Assembly (NCBI GenBank): GCA_030141605.1
Contig: JAQGDQ010001650.1
Span: forward strand, 1 to 30,868
DNA length: 30,868 nucleotides
Direction: 5' to 3'
Source: Tubiluchus corallicola
Taxonomy: Eukaryota; Animalia; Priapulida
The number at the start of each line of letters is the position of its first letter. Positions within the stretch are counted from its first letter, which is position 1. The notes beneath the pieces were generated by a model, which did not search any database, was not told the origin of the DNA, and saw only the letters and a list, made by a program, of their open reading frames with translations. This document shows, in pieces, positions 24,728-30,868 of the stretch. Both the position numbers and the translations under genes were made by a program.

Positions 24728-25578
24728 TTTTCCTTTTTCACAAACTTCGAAGTTTATTTAAAGTAACAATAGATCATTCTGCTTCCCTGAATCTAATACG
24801 TTCGTAGAGCCCGTTTTCGCAATTCTACTGCTCTACAACACAATCCCTCCATACTATGCAGACTAGAGTTTCTATTAAATAAGTCAAAACGAAGGGTAAA
24901 CAATCTTGCACTAAAAATACCCGTCGCACGTTGGGCAAAATGTCTACAACAACTTGTCCTGTATGACACAGATCTTTGCTCGTGTGCGCTTTCGTAGAAG
25001 CAGTTTTTCCAACTCTGCTGTACACAGATACGCACAATGGTGTATGATTCTTATTCACGTACAGTACTTCTACATTGTTTCGAAGATATAACTCACATTT
25101 TCATCTCACAACTGTGGCACTCTAGCAGTCTCACAAAATTTGTACCATTTCTACAAGGAATTTTCGAAAAAATACCGGTTCTGTGATGTTTCTTTTTCGA
25201 GAAATAAAGCAAATCGTTTGCTTTTGCACGCAAAGTTTTCTCTGTACTGTACTTGTTCGTGAAATGTTTTTTTTGCAAAATTAAAATCTGCGAAAACCAA
25301 GTCTATCACTTGAACACGAAAATCCATGTTTACAACGAGCTGTATGGAGGATGTGTCTAATAGTTAAGCCATTAGACTTCTAATTCAAATGTCTCAAGTT
25401 CAAAACCAAGTCGCAGTACTGATTTTTTCACATTTTCTTCTTTCAAACAACTCTCAAGTTTCTGAAGTTTCATAAAATGTTCGTGCAGTTCATCATTAGC
25501 TGATTATAATCACCTCAGAAAGCATTAAATTAACAAAATCCTCATAATATAATATATACACCGTGACAGGTCTTGTTG

Positions 25579-25912
25579 CTCATAATTAAAGATGCAGTTT
25601 TTCTCTTAAGTTACTCATAATTAAAGACGCAGTTTTTCTCTTAAGTTACTCATAATTAAAGGCGCAGTTTTTCCCTTAAGTTACTCCTAATTAGACAAAG
25701 TTTTTCTCTTGAGTTACTCATAACTGAAGACACAGTTCTGTCTTGAGTTATTCATAATTAAATACACAAGTTTTTTCTTGAGTTACTCATAATTAAAGAC
25801 ACAGTTTTCTCTTGAGTTACTCATAATTATAGACACAGTTTTCTCTTGAGTTACTCATAATTATAGACACAGTTTTCTCTTGAGTTACTCGTAATTAAAG
25901 ACACAGTTTTTC
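25579..25912. repeat. ~35-bp minisatellite (CTCATAATTAAAGACACAGTTTTTCTCTTGAGTTA) x ~10
   Basis: Directly visible; probably within the SLC10 3' UTR. Confidence 0.93.
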
Positions 25913-26754
25913 TCACACATTGTGTGAATTAAGGCCTCTATTCCGGCTTCTTCAAACACATAATTATATCTACACACAAACAACAAATTCTACTCGCTCT
26001 AATTGTGCTGTACAATTACTCGCATAGACTAATTACAAAAGTAAAAAAACCTTTTTTCGTGTTATTACAGTTATTACAACGTTATTACACGAACATTACA
26101 ACAAAACTATAGAAAAGAATCCAAGAAATGTTCTTTCTGTCTAATCCATTTTCAGAACTAAATCTATGCTTTGTCTGTTTCTTCTTCTGCCATAATGCAA
26201 AGCCCTGTCGCGAATCAGCTGAATATTCGCGAGAAATGTAGGGAACAACAATTTTCTTCTTTTTTTCGTTAATGTGGAATTATTTGGCAACTAGGCGTAA
26301 GAGTTGGGACTACTTTTTAGCAGACGGAAAGAAATGTGTGTGTTAAATTTTGTGTTAAATTTTTTACGGTTTGATATTATTTTGTATTTTTATGAGTTTT
26401 AATAAAAGAATTTAGAGTTCTGATTAATCCATGTGTCTGATGCATCTGTTTTTGCCTGCCTGCGTTTGTTGTCTGCAGCTTTTGTTTGAAACAAGCGCTT
26501 ACTTGGATATCAGAGGGGGACGCCCATTTCCCCCCTCGCAAAAGTAAAGTTTTTTGTTAAATTAAATCATCGATTACCAATCGTAGAAGTGCTACTCGGA
26601 ACGTAAAAGGAGGGCATTTTCTATAAGCTCATCGTAGACATTGCAGTTCAACTGGTAAATTGTAATTTCACTCAATTGTCTTTATGAAATTATTGTCAAA
26701 TTTCTCAACAGTGAAATCGGAACCACGTGATTTCATTGGTGAAAAGATTGTTAG

Positions 26755-27506
26755 CTAAACTTTTTCAGTAGAAACGGCTGGATGTGAAAAGTTGTTTAAC
26801 GAAGGTTTCTCGTCTTGCCTTTTCTCTGCTGTCATCTCTGAATCCATGGCGTAGTTTATGTACGATTCTTGAGTAATTTGTCGTTGCGGCTTTGGATTCT
26901 TTTTCTTATTCTTCTTTTCCTTCTTCTCCTCCTTTGTCTCTTCACTAACATCGACGGACTTCTTGTCTTTCTTACAGCAGCCCACGATCAGGCGTACGAT
27001 GAAGATGAACAGCAATGGCAACGGGCAGAAGATGGTCACGATGACGGGTATCACTGCGGCCAGATCCGCATCCGGTTGCGGAAAAGTGTTATGCAGCAGC
27101 ACCAGCGCGATGCCGCCATTTTGAAAACCCGTTTCTATGGCGATGGTCTTCACCCTCGTCCACGGCCGGCGGGTAATCAGGGCGACCACCCCTCCCATGA
27201 TGAAGCCAGACCAGGGAAGAACGAAGCCAGCCACCACAATGAGGGGGGTCAGCACCGAAAACACGTACCAGTTGGAATATATTCCTGTTGTGATGAGTAA
27301 TAAAACCATGATGGCGCACACTGGTTTGAGAATTTTTAAAATAAATTGAGCCCAATTTGGCCGGAAAATTCGAATGGCCAAACCGATGGCCACTGGCCCT
27401 ATCATCTGTACCAAGCTGATCACAATTTTGCTGTAAGGAATCGACAGACCTGTGCCTTCCTCTATAAAGAATTGTCCCAGTTGTGTGAGCCACAAGGGCA
27501 TCGTAC
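26755..27506 (-). CDS. SLC10-family sodium/bile-acid cotransporter-like protein, terminal coding exon
   Basis: TTTTTCAG acceptor (AG at 27508-27507), phase 1; (G)TMPLWL..., several hydrophobic TM segments, TIAIETGFQN motif (ETGxQN of SLC10), K/E-rich tail, TAG stop at 26757-26755. Subfamily not assignable by eye. Confidence 0.93.
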
Positions 27507-27691
27507 CTGAAAAATTCAAAATCAATCAATCAATTTATTTCACTCCAGCAATACATATACAATACATCAACATACATATTCCTGAAACAAAAAGAAACAG
27601 TATAGGTAAAACAAACGTTGATGAAGTCAAAATAACCAAATAAAAGAATTGCTGTATGACACCATGAAAGCTTGGCTTGTTAGGGTGGCAC

Positions 27692-27925
27692 AAATGAGTG
27701 AATGAAAGAATGGTTAGGGTTAGTAGACATGATGGAATGGAAAAAATAGTAAGATTAGGGATAGGAAGAAGGAAGGGGGGAGGATGAGTGAATGAAAGAA
27801 TGGTTAGGGTTAGTAGACATGATGGAATGGAAAAAAATAGTAAGATTAGGGATAGGAAGAAGGAAGGGAGCGGAGAATGAGTGAATAAAACAATGGTTAG
27901 GGTTAGAGAGAGGAGAGAGAGAGAA

Positions 27926-27960
<35 letters not shown>

Positions 27961-27976
27961 AAGCGAGAGAGGGAGA

Positions 27977-28016
<40 letters not shown>
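27692..28016. repeat. ~93-bp satellite (~2.3 units) grading into (GA)n
   Basis: Same unit as 5642-6290; GA tract from ~27905. Confidence 0.93.
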
Positions 28017-28569
28017 TACCTGCGCAGAGGCGGCTCGTAGCTAAAATTAACGGGGTGTTGCTTCAGAAAAAATTTAGCCATTGTTATAATACTTTGCGAA
28101 CCGCGGGAAATATATGTAGTTTTAATGTTGTTCTTTGTAATTGTTATTTTTAAACGAACAAACATAGAAAATTTATAAACGAACTTGATAAAATCCTAGA
28201 CAAAAATATTTTTGCTTACTAATGGCCTAAAGTTGTCGCAATTCAAGCTTGCTCCATTCACGTTAAACACGTGACAATTGACAACAAACTGTGTGAGCGA
28301 CAGGACTTTCTCTACCTGCGCTCAGACAATGCGCATTCCCGCATGCGCACAACAGCCAAACACCACGTTGCTTGGGCTGTGAAGCAAACAGTACTGCTCT
28401 CGCGTGCTCTGGTTCCGTACAAGAATAAAGACAGAACTAAAGAAAAAAGAGTTACTGTATTGAATATTATCGATAATACTGAGTGAAAAAAGGAGGTACT
28501 GCAGTTCCACAGTATCTATACACGAGCCGCCACTCTTCCTGCGTCCAACAATCGTGATAATGGACTAAC

Positions 28570-28741
28570 CTAAAGTGAGGATCGTGTTAATTAAGGTCAT
28601 CGTGATGCTAAGCGTGATGTCACCATCCATGAGGAATGTCCAAACGTTGCTGGCTCCCCCTCCTGGACTGCTACCCATCGTCAATAGACCCAGCCTCAAA
28701 GCGTTGTCCAGGGGAATGAAATATGCCAGGCAAAATGCGAG
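28570..28741 (-). CDS. SLC10-family exon: LAFCLAYFIPLDNALRLGLLTMGSSPGGGASNVWTFLMDGDITLSITMTLINTILTL(G)
   Basis: TTTTTCAG acceptor, GTTAGT donor; 172 nt (57 codons + 1) matches phase 1 of the next exon; PGG..SN and DGD..LSI.MT motifs of SLC10. Confidence 0.94.
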
Positions 28742-28995
28742 CTGAAAAAGATATTTTGATTCTGAATAAAACTAAAAATATTCCTTATTTTAGTCCCCTG
28801 TAGTGGTTGTAGCTAATGTAGAGTATTTTTTCAATTTTTATTTTAATTTTGATTCAACACACGTAGCACTATGTTACAGATACCAACAATGTACATAAGA
28901 GCTATTAGTAAAACAACTAAAATACGTATTAAAAATACCTAAGCTAAAAATTTGCACAATTTGAAATTTGCAGGAAACCGATTATTAAACTAACT

Positions 28996-29140
28996 AATAC
29001 ATTTGCAGAATGGGGTGAAATAACTAGTGGAGTACCGCAAGGATCAATTCTTGGTCCTCTACTGTTCATAGCGCAAACAATATTTCAACGGTAATGAATG
29101 ATAAATGCCAAATTATTCAACCCATAGACGATGCAATCAT
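28996..29140 (+). mobile_element. Decayed LINE (CR1/L2-like) reverse transcriptase fragment
   Basis: FAEWGEITSGVPQGSILGPLLFI (GVPQG starts 29029), followed by a degenerate xxDD region. Confidence 0.8.
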
Positions 29141-29315
29141 TTCACACCATAATGAGAACCAGCTTAGCCATTAATACTGTAATAGGAAGAGTAGAAGAAA
29201 TAAGCTTTATCTCTTATTTGCGTGGAATGTTCCTTTGTGACGTCATCGGTAGTTGGACTCCCCCGCCATTAACTAAGTTTTTAATCTATTAATTATCGGG
29301 AACGATTTTGCACTA

Positions 29316-29623
29316 TTGTTGGCATCCTTCTGTCTCGGAAGACAATGGAGTGTGCGCCAAGAGAGTCAGTTATTGATCACATTGATGGAGCTGCAGCATC
29401 GACTGTGGCTGAGCAATCCGATCCACGAACCACTGGAGTGGCCTCTCCACGGCGCACGCCTGGGCAAGGTGTATGGAGATCCTGAGTTGCCCAGACAACA
29501 GGAACCCCCTCTCTTCCTCCCCGGTGTAGTTCAAAGGAAAGCAGAGCGATACGTTTGGCACCAGGTTGGCTGCAGGAGCTGCCGGAGTCAGTGAGCATGC
29601 TGCAATGGTCCGCCTTCGGGGCT
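29316..29623 (-). mobile_element. Probable RTE/BovB-derived non-autonomous bipartite element
   Basis: GC-rich island; minus-strand end CCATTGTCTTCCGAGACAGAAGGATGCCAACAA resembles RTE 3' ends and AAAGGAAAGCAGAGCGATACGTTTGGCACCAG resembles RTE 5' UTR (recalled, not searched). Confidence 0.6.
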
Positions 29624-29916
29624 CATTGGATGATGATGATGATGATGATGATCTGGCATAGAGAGGTGAGCAGAATCATGTCCCTGGACGTATGATTCAT
29701 TGGATGATGATGATGATGATGATGATCTGGCATAGAGAGGTGAACAGAATCATGCCCCTGGACGTGTGATTCATTGGATGATGATGATGATGATGATCTG
29801 GCATAGAGAGGTGAACAGAATCATGTCCCTGGACGTATGATTCATTGGATGATGATGATGATGATGATCTGGCATAGAGAGGTGAACAGAATCATGTCCC
29901 TGGACGTGTGATTCAT

Positions 29917-29947
<31 letters not shown>

Positions 29948-30143
29948 CCTGGCATAGAGAGGTGAGCAGAATCATGTCCCTGGACGTGTGATTCATTGGA
30001 TGATGATGATGATGATGATGATCTGGCATAGAGAGGTGAGCAGAATCATGTCCCTGGACGTGTGATTCATTGGATGATGATGATGATGATGATCTGGCAT
30101 AGAGAGCTGAGCAGAATCATGTCCCTGGACGTGTGATTCATTG
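29624..30143. repeat. ~70-79-bp minisatellite with embedded variable (GAT)n, ~7 units
   Basis: TTCATTG(GAT)nCTGGCATAGAGAGGTGAGCAGAATCATGTCCCTGGACGTGTGA repeated. Confidence 0.95.
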
Positions 30144-30417
30144 AAAAAGAAGAAGAAAGGAACTGTATATTGTTGAAATATTCCACAAAACTCGTGCGCA
30201 TAACAACAGCACGATGCGAGCGATCATAACAGAAGTAGAACTCGCTCAGCGAAGCATGAAGGTGAGAGAAGTATTACGTGGAAGATTAAACAATTTAAAT
30301 ATGATGCATGAATTGATTTGAAATGTAAACAACTTTGCAGCAAAAACTGAAATGCTGCCTGATTTTCTGCTGGAAGTAAAACGTTTGATAAAACTCTGAG
30401 TAGTGAAGAGGAGGCAG

Positions 30418-30462
30418 CATCTTCATCATGTATTATATGCTGATGATGTTTGTCTCATAGCT
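30418..30462 (+). mobile_element. Tiny LINE reverse transcriptase remnant
   Basis: HLHHVLYADDVCLIA contains the YADD motif in typical context; very short. Confidence 0.5.
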
Positions 30463-30522
30463 TTTTCATAGCTGCCTGACAAAATATATATGTATGTGGC
30501 GTATATTTCATACTAAAAACCA

Positions 30523-30868
30523 TGACCTCGCTGACTTATTGTTTATGTGACCTCGCTGACGAATCATTTACATGACCTCGCTGACTTATCATTTACGTGA
30601 CCTCGCTGACCTATCATTTACGTGACCTCGCTGACTTATCATTTATGTGACCTCGCTGACCTATCATTTACTTGACCTCGCTGACCTATCATTTACATGA
30701 CTTCGCTGACCTATCATTTACATGACCTCGCTGACTTATCATTTACTTGACCTCGCTGACTTATCATTTACTTGACCTCGCTGACCTATCATTTACTTGA
30801 CCTCGCTGACCTATCATTTACTTGACCTCGCTGACCTATCATTTACATGACTTCGCTGACCTATCATT
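30523..30868. repeat. 25-bp minisatellite (TGACCTCGCTGACCTATCATTTACT) x 14, runs off window end
   Basis: Period of 25 nt from 30523. Confidence 0.96.

Noticed and set aside
26869-27529. Overlapping antisense and alternate-frame ORFs
   Set aside because: Shadows of the GC-richer SLC10 exon, without recognisable motifs.
29624-30143. CRISPR-like array or tandem hammerhead ribozymes
   Set aside because: Spacers are just (GAT)n, the context is eukaryotic with no cas genes, and no CTGATGA...GAAA core with stems is present in the unit.

Overview
AT-rich animal (invertebrate-like) genomic DNA with two convergent, intron-containing genes. On the + strand are the last six coding exons (935-13855) of an Ajuba/LIMD1/WTIP-family LIM-domain gene, followed by a possible ~6 kb 3' UTR. 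On the - strand are the last two coding exons (28741-26755) of an SLC10 sodium/bile-acid cotransporter-family gene. Introns and the intergenic region hold non-autonomous DNA transposons (hAT-like, Tigger/pogo-like, Kolobok-like, unclassified), a decayed Tc1 element, a tRNA-derived SINE, LINE scraps, a probable RTE-derived bipartite element and about a dozen unrelated minisatellites. I found no clearly novel multi-gene system. The most unusual items are a minisatellite born from the LIM gene's stop-codon region, a tandem array of DR3 nuclear-receptor motifs upstream of the visible SLC10 exons, a dispersed ~93-bp satellite with a fixed terminus, and a GA tract inserted with a 46-bp duplication. 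All calls were read by eye; no searches were run.
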